This document shows, piece after piece, positions 17,193 to 26,023 of a stretch of 64,000 nucleotides of DNA. The stretch is taken from assembly GCA_030054835.1 (NCBI GenBank), contig JASGVS010000028.1, positions 1,032 through 65,031 on the forward strand, read 5' to 3'. The position numbers were made by a program, and so were the translations under genes. Numbering within the stretch: the first letter of the stretch is position 1; each line of letters begins with the position of its first letter. The notes beneath the pieces were generated by a model, which did no database searches, was not told the origin of the DNA, and saw only the letters and a program-made list of their open reading frames with translations. This DNA is from Bacillota bacterium. Lineage in GTDB: Bacteria > Bacillota > Limnochordia > Darwinibacteriales > Darwinibacteriaceae.

Positions 17193-19472
17193 ATGCAAGA
17201 GAATTTATTCACTAGAAAAGAAATGGCCCAGGCCTGGGAAGGTTTCAAACCGGGTCAGTGGTCCGAGACGATAGATGTGAGGGACTTTATCCAGCAGAAC
17301 TATGAGCCTTACTACGGCGATGAGTCTTTCCTGGCAGAGGCAACCGAGGATACGCTTTCCATTTGGCGGTCCATGGATAAACTCATCCAGGAGCAGGTCC
17401 GTTCTAGGACAATCACCGTCGACCTGGAGCGTTTCAGCGGTATTGACAATTTCGCCCCCGGTTACATCGATAAGGATAAGGAACTGATAGTGGGCCTACA
17501 AACGGATGAACCGATGAAGAGGATTATGAACCCATACGGCGGTTTTCGCATGGTGAAAAACGCCCTGGCGGCCTACAACCTCGAGATGGATCCGGAACTG
17601 GAAAGAAGCTTTACCGAGTTCAGAAAGACGCACAATGACGGCGTTTTTGACGCTTACACCCCCCAGATGCGTACTGTCCGCACGGTGGGACTCTTGACCG
17701 GCTTACCCGATGCCTACGGCAGAGGACGGATTATCGGCGATTACCGCCGGGTAGCCCTGTACGGAGTGGACTACCTGAAGGAAATGAGAATGGGGGATAA
17801 GCTCAATCTTACCGGTCCGGCAACTGAAGAAACTATCCGCCTTAGGGAGGAATTCGCAGAGCAGATCCGGGCACTAGATGAGATGAAATCCATGGCGGCT
17901 AAATACGGTTATGATATTGGCCGGCCAGCTCAGAACGCCAGGGAAGCTGTGCAGTGGCTCTACTTCGGCTATTTAGCCGCAATTAAGGAAAACAACGGTG
18001 CAGCCATGAGTTTGGGCAGAAACACCACTTTCCTCGATATCTATATCCAGCGGGATCTGGAGCGGGGGTTAATCGATGAGAAAACGGCTCAGGCACTAAT
18101 CGACCAGCTTGTGATTAAACTGCGTTTGGTAAGGCACTTGAGGACACCAGAGTACGACCAGCTCTTTGCCGGTGACCCCACCTGGGTAACCGAGTCCATC
18201 GGCGGCATGGGACTGGATGGACGGCCCCTGGTAACCAAGACGGCCTTTCGGTTCCTTCACACCCTGATCAATCTTGGTACTTCGCCCGAGCCCAATTTGA
18301 CCATTCTCTGGTCCGAAGATCTACCGCGGGAGTTTAAGGAGTACTGTGCTTACATCAGCATCAAGACCGCATCCATTCAGTATGAAAACGATGATTTGAT
18401 GCGACCCATTTACGGTGATGATTACGCCATCGCCTGCTGCGTATCTGCTATGCGGGTCGGGAAAGACATGCAGTACTTCGGTGCCCGGGCAAACCTAGCC
18501 AAAGCCCTGCTCTACGCCATTAACGGTGGAGTAGATGAAATGAAGCGGGACAAGGTAACAGGCGGCCCCATCACCGTTCTGCCGGGCATTGAAAGGAACA
18601 CCCAGGAAGTATTGGATTACGACACGGTGATGACCACTTTCAAGCAGGTCATGGACAAACTGGCGGAGATTTACGTGGACACCATGAACACAATCCACTA
18701 CATGCACGATAAATACGCTTACGAGGCGAGCCAGATGGCACTGCATGATCCTCATGTCCACAGGTATATCGCCTTTGGCGTGGCGGGCATTTCCATTGTA
18801 GCTGACTCCCTTTCTGCCATTAAACACGCCAAGGTAAGGCCCATCCGCAACGAAGAGGGTCTGGCAGTGGACTTTGAAATTGAGGGGGACTTCCCCAGAT
18901 ACGGAAATGACGATGACCGGGTTGACAGCATCGCGATTGAGGTGAACAAGTACTTTATGGAAGCGCTGCGCAGAACGCCCGCTTACCGCAACGCGGAGCA
19001 CACGTTGTCGCTGCTCACCATCACTTCTAACGTGGTGTACGGCAAAGCTACGGGCAACACGCCGGACGGCCGCAAGAAGGGTGAACCGTTTGCTCCGGGG
19101 GCAAACCCCAGTAACGGTGCTGACCGCCTAGGTGCTTTGGCCTCCCTCAACTCGGTAGCCAAAATACCTTACAAAAACGTGAACCAAGACGGTGTCTCCA
19201 ACACTTTCTCCATTGTTCCCTCCGCTTTGGGTAAGAACCTGGAGGAGCAGGTGACCAACCTTACCAACATCATGGGCGGTTATTTCTCCCAGGGTGCATT
19301 CCACTTGAACGTGAACGTACTGGAGAAGTCACTCTTGCTTGACGCCATGGAGAACCCAGAGAAGTATCCGAACTTGACCATTCGGGTTTCCGGTTACGCA
19401 GTCAGGTTCAACCAGCTGGAGAAGGAACAGCAGCTGGATGTGATCAACAGAACATTCCATCAGTTCGTCTAG
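17193..19472 (+). CDS. pflB: Pyruvate formate-lyase (formate C-acetyltransferase)
   Basis: Glycyl-radical motif RVSGYAVRF at the C-terminus and active-site IACCVSAM. The N-terminus is colinear with E. coli PflB (AWEGF..., VRDFIQ.NY.PY.GDESFL). ATG 17193 is preferred over GTG 17184. Confidence 0.95.
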   Translation: MQENLFTRKEMAQAWEGFKPGQWSETIDVRDFIQQNYEPYYGDESFLAEATEDTLSIWRSMDKLIQEQVRSRTITVDLERFSGIDNFAPGYIDKDKELIVGLQTDEPMKRIMNPYGGFRMVKNALAAYNLEMDPELERSFTEFRKTHNDGVFDAYTPQMRTVRTVGLLTGLPDAYGRGRIIGDYRRVALYGVDYLKEMRMGDKLNLTGPATEETIRLREEFAEQIRALDEMKSMAAKYGYDIGRPAQNAREAVQWLYFGYLAAIKENNGAAMSLGRNTTFLDIYIQRDLERGLIDEKTAQALIDQLVIKLRLVRHLRTPEYDQLFAGDPTWVTESIGGMGLDGRPLVTKTAFRFLHTLINLGTSPEPNLTILWSEDLPREFKEYCAYISIKTASIQYENDDLMRPIYGDDYAIACCVSAMRVGKDMQYFGARANLAKALLYAINGGVDEMKRDKVTGGPITVLPGIERNTQEVLDYDTVMTTFKQVMDKLAEIYVDTMNTIHYMHDKYAYEASQMALHDPHVHRYIAFGVAGISIVADSLSAIKHAKVRPIRNEEGLAVDFEIEGDFPRYGNDDDRVDSIAIEVNKYFMEALRRTPAYRNAEHTLSLLTITSNVVYGKATGNTPDGRKKGEPFAPGANPSNGADRLGALASLNSVAKIPYKNVNQDGVSNTFSIVPSALGKNLEEQVTNLTNIMGGYFSQGAFHLNVNVLEKSLLLDAMENPEKYPNLTIRVSGYAVRFNQLEKEQQLDVINRTFHQFV

Positions 19473-19486
19473 AAAAGGGGGATATT

Positions 19487-20989
19487 ATGAAAGGCTTCCT
19501 GCATTCAATGGAAACAATGGGGTTAGTGGACGGCCCGGGCACACGGACCATCTTCTTCCTGCAAGGCTGTGCGCTCCAGTGCGCCTTCTGCCACAATCCC
19601 GATACCATCAAAAGGACAGGGGGCCGGGAAATAACCCCAGAAGAAGTACTGGCAATCGCGGACAGATACCGCCCCTATTACGGCGAAGAGGGGGGAGTCA
19701 CCTTTTCAGGTGGCGAACCCCTCCTTCAGGGGGCCTTCCTAGCTGAGACGTTGGAGCTTTTCAAGCAGCGCGGTTACAACACCTGCATCGACACGGCTGG
19801 ATTTGGCAGCCCCAAATACTTTCCTAAGATCTTCCCCTTGGTGGATACGCTCCTCTTGGATGTAAAGGCGTTTAACCCCGGGGCCTTCAAAGACCTGACC
19901 ACAGTGGACGGTTTTGAGAGCTACTTGCAATTCCTTTCCAACTTAGATTATTATGGCTTTAGGGGTCAGATTTGGATTCGCCACGTAATGGTGCCTGGTT
20001 TGACCGATAATGAAGAGTCCATGCAGAAACTGATCGAGGTAATCAAGCCTGTCAGGCACAGGGTGGAGAGGATTGAGATTCTCCCTTACCATACATCCGG
20101 TGTGCAGAAGTACAGGGAGTTGGGGTTGGACTATCGCTTAGAAGGGGTGGAGCCGATGGATAAGGACAAGGCAAAGGAATTTGAGATCTATGCCAACAAG
20201 CTCTTTGCCGAAATGCTGGGCCAGGACAGGCGTCAGGCCGAGCAGGAACGGCAGGAAAGATCCAGGCTCCTGCGGGAAAAGGAAGTAGCCTCTGAGCAGG
20301 AAAAAGAGGAAATAATGGAGGCCCTGAAGAAGCTGCCCCTTCTCAACGACGTGGATCCGGCAGACGTAGATCAGGTGTTGAGTGAAGTGATTCTGGCCAA
20401 CATTAAGGCAGGGGAACTGATCTTTAGGACCGGGGATGCCCCCGATTACATGTACTTGATCTTCGCAGGCCAGATGAAAATCTACGTTAACACTATGGAC
20501 GGAGAAGAACAGATCTTCTATATCTACCGGGACGGCGATTTCGTGGGTGGGCACAACATCCTCAACCAAACTCCCTACCGCTACATCGGAGAAGCGCTCA
20601 CCGAATGCAAAGTGGTAGTGATTCCTAAAGCCACCTTTGACCGCTACTTTTACAACTCCCCCGTTGTGCTCCGAAGCATCTTAACCAAGAGTTTTGAGCG
20701 GATCCGCTGGGCAGAAAGTTTAATCCAGAGGCTTGCCACCAGCAATGCTTCCATGAAAACGGCTGGGTTGCTTTTGAAACTGGTACAGAGAATCGGTGTT
20801 GAAACGGAAGAGGGAATTAGGCTGGAACTCTCCATGAACCGGGAGGAGTTGGGTAACTACTCCGGCCTGCGCCGGGAGACGATCACCAGAAAGCTGGGCG
20901 AGTTCAAAGAGCTCGGTTACATCGAACTGGTGGGCAACAAAGTGATAATTGTCAAAGACTTGGCAGCGCTGGAAGGATATGTGCTGTAA
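19487..20989 (+). CDS. pflA: PFL-activating enzyme (radical SAM) fused to a Crp/Fnr-family cNMP-binding + HTH regulator
   Basis: 500 aa. CALQCAFCHN (CxxxCxxC) and GGVTFSGGEP in the first ~245 aa. A charged linker follows, then a Crp-like beta-barrel (LFRTGDAPDYMYLIFAGQMKIYV) and HTH (REELGNYSGLRRETITRKLGEFKELGYIEL). Confidence 0.85.
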   Translation: MKGFLHSMETMGLVDGPGTRTIFFLQGCALQCAFCHNPDTIKRTGGREITPEEVLAIADRYRPYYGEEGGVTFSGGEPLLQGAFLAETLELFKQRGYNTCIDTAGFGSPKYFPKIFPLVDTLLLDVKAFNPGAFKDLTTVDGFESYLQFLSNLDYYGFRGQIWIRHVMVPGLTDNEESMQKLIEVIKPVRHRVERIEILPYHTSGVQKYRELGLDYRLEGVEPMDKDKAKEFEIYANKLFAEMLGQDRRQAEQERQERSRLLREKEVASEQEKEEIMEALKKLPLLNDVDPADVDQVLSEVILANIKAGELIFRTGDAPDYMYLIFAGQMKIYVNTMDGEEQIFYIYRDGDFVGGHNILNQTPYRYIGEALTECKVVVIPKATFDRYFYNSPVVLRSILTKSFERIRWAESLIQRLATSNASMKTAGLLLKLVQRIGVETEEGIRLELSMNREELGNYSGLRRETITRKLGEFKELGYIELVGNKVIIVKDLAALEGYVL

Positions 20990-21004
20990 AGGAACTGGCT
21001 TCGG

Positions 21005-21032
21005 GCCCGGGGTTTAGACCCCGGGCTTTTTT
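21005..21032 (+). terminator. Rho-independent terminator of the pfl operon
   Basis: GCCCGGGG-TTTAGA-CCCCGGGC followed by TTTTTT. Confidence 0.85.
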
Positions 21033-21151
21033 GTCTGCCTGGACCGGAACAGGAAAGGGCAAGTTGCCGTGGAACTATAGTGTATAATAACTAGTACGGA
21101 AAGGGAGCGGTAAAACCGTTCCTTGTGATAAGGAAAAGGATTGGAAACGGG

Positions 21152-23779
21152 ATGAAAAAGCTTGTCGTTGGCATCTTAGCCCATGTGGACGCGGGTAAGA
21201 CAACTCTCGCCGAAAGCATGCTTTACTTGAGCGGAAAAATCAAAGAACTGGGCCGGGTCGATCATAAAGACGCCCATTTAGATACCCACGCCCTGGAGCG
21301 GGAACGGGGAATAACCATCTTCGCAGAACAGGCCCTTTTCCAAGTGGCGGACACCGAAATCACCCTCCTGGACACACCTGGTCATGTGGACTTTTCGGCC
21401 GAGATGGAAAGGACGCTCCATGTGTTAGACTACGCCGTTTTAGTGATCAGCGGCGTGGACGGGGTTCAGGCCCACACCAAAACGTTGTGGCGCCTCTTGG
21501 AACTTTACAGCATCCCCGTGTTCATTTTCGTGAACAAAATGGATCGGTTCGGTACCGATAGGCAGAGACTCCTAAGTGAACTCAGAAGCCAACTGCACCC
21601 AAGCTGCGTTGAGTTCAGCCCAGAGCGCACGTACCAGTTCCTAGAAGAGCTGGCCGGTTGCGATCTGGAACTGATGGAGCATTTTTTCCAACACCATACC
21701 ATCGAAACTGATCAGATCAGCCAAGCGGTGGGGGAGCGTAGGCTCTTTCCCTGCTTTTATGGTTCAGCCCTAACCCTGGCCGGGGTGGAAGAATTCCTCA
21801 ATGGCCTAGTAACATACGCTGCCCCGCCAACCTATCCCAACGAGTTTGGGGCAGAAGTTTTCAAGGTTTCCCGGGATGAACAGGGTAACCGCCTCACCCA
21901 CCTGAAAATTGTGGGGGGCAGTCTGCGGGTACGGGATGCCCTGCAGGGTGAAGACTGGGAAGAGAAGGTGAACGAAATCCGCCTTTATTCCGGGCAGAGA
22001 TACACCACTGTAAATGAGGTGGGACCAGGTTCGGTCTGTGCAGTAACGGGATTATCCCAGGCCAAACCCGGTGAGGGAATAGGCATCGGTACAGGCAGCG
22101 GGGCATCGTTTTTAGAGCCTGTCCTTTCCTACCAGCTCGTTCTGCCCGATGGAACCAATCCCCTAGAAATCCTACCCAAGCTGCGCGAGTTGGAAGAAGA
22201 ACAGCCAGAGCTTCACCTTGTTTGGAACGAAGCTCTCCAGGAGATCCAGGCCCAGCTCATGGGGGAAGTGCAGCTGGAAATTTTGGAGAGCCTGATCGCG
22301 AGCCGTTTTGGCTTAAATGTGCGCTTTGGCGCTGGAAAAATCCTTTACAGAGAAACAATCGCAAGTAGAGTGGAAGGCGTAGGGCACTACGAGCCGCTGC
22401 GGCATTATGCGGAGGTGCAGCTCCTGCTTACGCCCGGCGAGCCCGGTAGTGGGCTTAAGTTCGACTCTATAGTGAGTGAAGATGTCTTGGCCGGCAATTG
22501 GCAGCGTTTAATCTTGACCCACCTCCAGGAAAAAACCCACCTTGGCGTTTTAACGGGCTCGCCCATAACTGATATGACAATAACGTTGGTAGGAGGCAGA
22601 GCGAGTCTCAGCCATACCCAGGGCGGCGACTTCCGCCAGGCAACCTACCGGGCAGTACGCCAGGGCTTAAAGGAAGCCAAGTCCGTTCTGCTCGAACCCT
22701 ATTATTCCTTCCAGCTGGAAGTACCGGAGAAAATGGTTGGACGGGCCATTCACGACTTAGAGCGAATGCACGCCAGCTATCAGATCCAGGCTGCCAACGG
22801 CGAGACTTCCGTGCTGGTGGGAAGCGGTCCCGTTGTTACACTCCGCTATTACCCCCAGGAGGTAATAGCGTATACCAAGGGAACGGGCCGCATTTTCTTG
22901 AGTTTTGACGGTTACCGCCCCTGCCACAACGCAGAAGAGGTAATTGCCCAGATCGGCTACGACTCGGAGCAGGACATGGATAACCCCACAGGCTCAATCT
23001 TTTTCGCTAACGGGAGAGGTTTTTATGTGACCTGGGATAGGGTCAAAGCTTTCATGCACCTGCCCCGTTACTTAGAACCCGAGCCCGAGCGGGAACAGGA
23101 GCAGAGGCCCGTCCAGCCCAGGAGGGTGTCCAGCCGGGACCTGGATGAGATCGATTATGAGCTGCTGGAAAGAACGGTAAGTGCCAATCGGGGCAAGAAG
23201 CGGAAATGGGTATCGAAACCGAGGGACACGGAAGGGACAACCGAGCCGAGACAGCCCAAGGAAATACGCCAGAGCTATCTGCTTGTGGACGGCTATAACA
23301 TCATCCACGCCTGGCCCGAACTGAAGCAGTATGCAACGGAAAACATGGATACTGCCCGCCTGAGGCTGATCCAAGCGTTAGCCAACTACCAAGGCGTGAC
23401 CAGGCATAACGTTGTGGTCGTTTTCGATGCCCACCTTGTAGAGGGTCAGGAGGAAAAGGTAGAAGACCACCATGGCCTCAAGGTGGTATTCACCAAGGAA
23501 GCCCAAACAGCGGACCAGTATATTGAAAAAATCGCCTATGCTAACCGGGGCAAACACCTGATCACAGTAGCCACTTCGGACCACCTGCAGCAGATTATTA
23601 TTCGAGGGGCGGGCTGTGCCCTCTGGAGCGCAGAGGAACTAAGGCAGGAGTTGGCTAGAATCCAAGCGGAGCTCTCCCAATATTACGGCGATGGGGCACG
23701 CCCCCAAGCGGCGCCGGTGGGAGAGGCCCTTTCTCAGGACGAATTGAAAGATTTAGATGACTTGAAATCGGAGGAATAA
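21152..23779 (+). CDS. EF-G/TetM-like translational GTPase fused to a C-terminal YacP/Rae1-type NYN ribonuclease domain
   Basis: G1 AHVDAGKT, G2 RGITI, G3 DTPGH, G4 NKMD, and a ~640-aa EF-G/TetM-like body. Charged linker. The C-terminus carries LLVDGYNIIHAWPELK, VVVFDAH, FTKEAQTADQYIEK and VATSD, as in B. subtilis YacP. ATG 21152 is preferred over GTG 21125. Confidence 0.8.
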   Translation: MKKLVVGILAHVDAGKTTLAESMLYLSGKIKELGRVDHKDAHLDTHALERERGITIFAEQALFQVADTEITLLDTPGHVDFSAEMERTLHVLDYAVLVISGVDGVQAHTKTLWRLLELYSIPVFIFVNKMDRFGTDRQRLLSELRSQLHPSCVEFSPERTYQFLEELAGCDLELMEHFFQHHTIETDQISQAVGERRLFPCFYGSALTLAGVEEFLNGLVTYAAPPTYPNEFGAEVFKVSRDEQGNRLTHLKIVGGSLRVRDALQGEDWEEKVNEIRLYSGQRYTTVNEVGPGSVCAVTGLSQAKPGEGIGIGTGSGASFLEPVLSYQLVLPDGTNPLEILPKLRELEEEQPELHLVWNEALQEIQAQLMGEVQLEILESLIASRFGLNVRFGAGKILYRETIASRVEGVGHYEPLRHYAEVQLLLTPGEPGSGLKFDSIVSEDVLAGNWQRLILTHLQEKTHLGVLTGSPITDMTITLVGGRASLSHTQGGDFRQATYRAVRQGLKEAKSVLLEPYYSFQLEVPEKMVGRAIHDLERMHASYQIQAANGETSVLVGSGPVVTLRYYPQEVIAYTKGTGRIFLSFDGYRPCHNAEEVIAQIGYDSEQDMDNPTGSIFFANGRGFYVTWDRVKAFMHLPRYLEPEPEREQEQRPVQPRRVSSRDLDEIDYELLERTVSANRGKKRKWVSKPRDTEGTTEPRQPKEIRQSYLLVDGYNIIHAWPELKQYATENMDTARLRLIQALANYQGVTRHNVVVVFDAHLVEGQEEKVEDHHGLKVVFTKEAQTADQYIEKIAYANRGKHLITVATSDHLQQIIIRGAGCALWSAEELRQELARIQAELSQYYGDGARPQAAPVGEALSQDELKDLDDLKSEE

Positions 23780-23892
23780 TAGAGAAGAAAAAATCGTTGG
23801 AATGCCCCCTTTTAAGAGGAATTTCAGTTGTTATTGAAGAAGTTGTAAAGGAATCTTGACTACTTCGTAAATACCAACAAGGGGGTTTGACC

Positions 23893-24927
23893 GTGACTGT
23901 ACTCTGCCCATACGGAACGCACAGGGTGATTGAACCAGTTGGGGCCCTGCCCCAAGGCGCGCTGCGCTTGGATAATAGGATGGAGAGTTACCCAAATGAG
24001 CTGCTGCTTGATGTGGAGACGCTGAATATTGACTCAGCCAGCTTCACCCAAATTAGGCAGGAGGCCGGGGACGACCCAGCCAGGATCGGGGAAATTATGA
24101 TGGAGATCGTCCGCACCAGGGGTAAACACCATAACCCTGTCACCGGATCCGGGGGCATGTTTATCGGCACGGTCAAGGAAATTGGCAAAGATCTGCAGGA
24201 GCGAACCGATCTACAGATCGGCGACCGCATCGCTTCTCTAGTTTCTTTGACGTTAACTCCACTTGTAATCGATAAGGTCAAGGCAATTGATCTGGAGACT
24301 GCCCAGGTGGACATTGATGGGCAGGCCATTCTCTTTGAGTCAGGCATTTACGCCGTACTGCCAGAAGATCTGCCGCAGAAACTGGCCTTGGCTGCCTTAG
24401 ATGTGGCAGGCGCACCTGCCCAAACAGCTAAACTTGTGAAGCCCGGTGATACCGTCTTGATTGTGGGAGCAGGCGGTAAGTCGGGCTGTTTATGTTTACA
24501 TGAGGCCCGCAAGCGGGCTGGTGTTTCTGGTACCGTGATCGCCATGGATTTTGGCGAAGCTGCCGTAGGAAGAATCAAGAAGCTTGAACTGGCTGATATC
24601 GTCCTAAATGCAGACGCTACCAAGCCGGTGGACTGCCTCGCCCTGCTGCAGGAGGCCAGCGGCAAATTGGCCGATCTCACCATTAACTGCGTAAACATAC
24701 CCAATACTGAAATGACGTCCATACTATGCACCCGGGATGGGGGCATAGTTTATTTTTTCAGTATGGCTACCAGTTTTACCGCAGCTGCCTTAGGAGCGGA
24801 AGGGGTGGGCAAGGACGTGAACATGCTGATCGGCAACGGTTATACCAAGGATCACGCCAAGATTACCCTGCAGGTTCTGCGGGAAAACCCCAAGCTGCGG
24901 CAGTTGTTTGAGGAGATTTACGTTTAG
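23893..24927 (+). CDS. kdd: L-erythro-3,5-diaminohexanoate dehydrogenase
   Basis: ~345 aa with CPYGTHRVIEP...LPQGALRLD N-terminus and GAGGKSG Rossmann motif. Lies in the lysine fermentation operon. Start is GTG 23893 or TTG 23887. Confidence 0.8.
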   Translation: MTVLCPYGTHRVIEPVGALPQGALRLDNRMESYPNELLLDVETLNIDSASFTQIRQEAGDDPARIGEIMMEIVRTRGKHHNPVTGSGGMFIGTVKEIGKDLQERTDLQIGDRIASLVSLTLTPLVIDKVKAIDLETAQVDIDGQAILFESGIYAVLPEDLPQKLALAALDVAGAPAQTAKLVKPGDTVLIVGAGGKSGCLCLHEARKRAGVSGTVIAMDFGEAAVGRIKKLELADIVLNADATKPVDCLALLQEASGKLADLTINCVNIPNTEMTSILCTRDGGIVYFFSMATSFTAAALGAEGVGKDVNMLIGNGYTKDHAKITLQVLRENPKLRQLFEEIYV

Positions 24928-24931
24928 CAGA

Positions 24932-26023
24932 ATGGCTGGGAAATGGGGATCTGCGGTGCTTGCTCAGGACTTGGCAAATCGGTTCCGGTCCGTCTCCATC
25001 ATTGGACTGGGTAAGAATACGGGGAAAACCTTTACATTCAATTACCTGCTGCGGGAGAGCAGGCGGCTGGGGCTATCCACCGCCATCACCTCCATCGGCC
25101 TGGACGGGGAGGAACGGGACACCATCACTGGCCGCGCCAAACCCCAGGTTGTAGTCTATCCGGGCCAGATCGTGCTGACTGCGAGCTCGCTCTTGACGGC
25201 GAGCAGTTTGGACTATGAAGTCCTTGCAGCTACAGGCATCGCATCGCGCCTTGGCGAGATTATTATTGTGCGCGCCATGGGCTTGGGACGGGTTGTGTTG
25301 GCGGGTCCCAGCAACCGCAGTGAGCTGGAACAGCTCCAAGAAAAGCTCGAACCTTTCCCTCACGATCTCCTGCTGGTGGATGGAGCCTTTGACCGGCGCT
25401 CCCTCAGCGCCCCCGCTGCCACTGACACCACCATCTTAGCGGTGGGTACCGAAGCGGCCTGGGATCGAGAGGATTTGCTAGGGCGCCTTAAGCTCCAGTG
25501 GCAGCTGCTGACCCTCTCTGCCTTGGACAACCAGCAGCTGCTTAGTTCCATAGAGACGATTCCAAACGATGCCAAGCTTGTTGTTTTCTGCGGTAACACT
25601 CCGCAGCATATAATCTACCACAGCGACTCTCCGGGGACAGGTGGGTCTTGGCCGACATACACTGAACAGGGTATCTATACCATCTTTGTACCCGGCATGC
25701 TTACCGATGGGCTGTTAGCCCAGGTGCTGCCGAAAAACGTGCCGACAAGTCTGACCCTACTTGTCCCCGACGCTACCCATCTTTTTTTAAGCAGGCGCAG
25801 TCTAGACATTCTTACCCATCGGGGTGTTTCCCTCAAGGTTCTCAGACAAGTGCACATCAGTGCAGTAACCGTCAACCCGTACAGCAGTCGTTTTGGCTGC
25901 GCCGAGCCCCTGAGCCTCTTGCAGGATGTTGGCCGAGTAGTGGAACCCGTCCCCTGCTATGATCTAAACCTGGGGCTCCGCTATGTGGCGAAGGAGGATG
26001 CCGATGCAGTTTCTCACCGCTGA
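24932..26023 (+). CDS. Putative lysine 5,6-aminomutase reactivase subunit (KamB-like)
   Basis: ~360 aa with a P-loop-like GLGKNTGKT. Sits between kdd and the MutS-like ATPase directly upstream of kamDE. Start is uncertain (ATG 24932 or GTG 24956). Confidence 0.5.
   Translation: MAGKWGSAVLAQDLANRFRSVSIIGLGKNTGKTFTFNYLLRESRRLGLSTAITSIGLDGEERDTITGRAKPQVVVYPGQIVLTASSLLTASSLDYEVLAATGIASRLGEIIIVRAMGLGRVVLAGPSNRSELEQLQEKLEPFPHDLLLVDGAFDRRSLSAPAATDTTILAVGTEAAWDREDLLGRLKLQWQLLTLSALDNQQLLSSIETIPNDAKLVVFCGNTPQHIIYHSDSPGTGGSWPTYTEQGIYTIFVPGMLTDGLLAQVLPKNVPTSLTLLVPDATHLFLSRRSLDILTHRGVSLKVLRQVHISAVTVNPYSSRFGCAEPLSLLQDVGRVVEPVPCYDLNLGLRYVAKEDADAVSHR

Noticed and set aside
21152-23779. Tetracycline ribosomal-protection resistance gene (TetM/TetO-like).
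   Set aside because: - Only the general GTPase architecture matches.
- There is no mobile-element context.
- The TetM domain-IV loop signature is not visible.
- The protein carries an extra NYN nuclease domain.
- I therefore treat it as a distinct EF-G-like factor.
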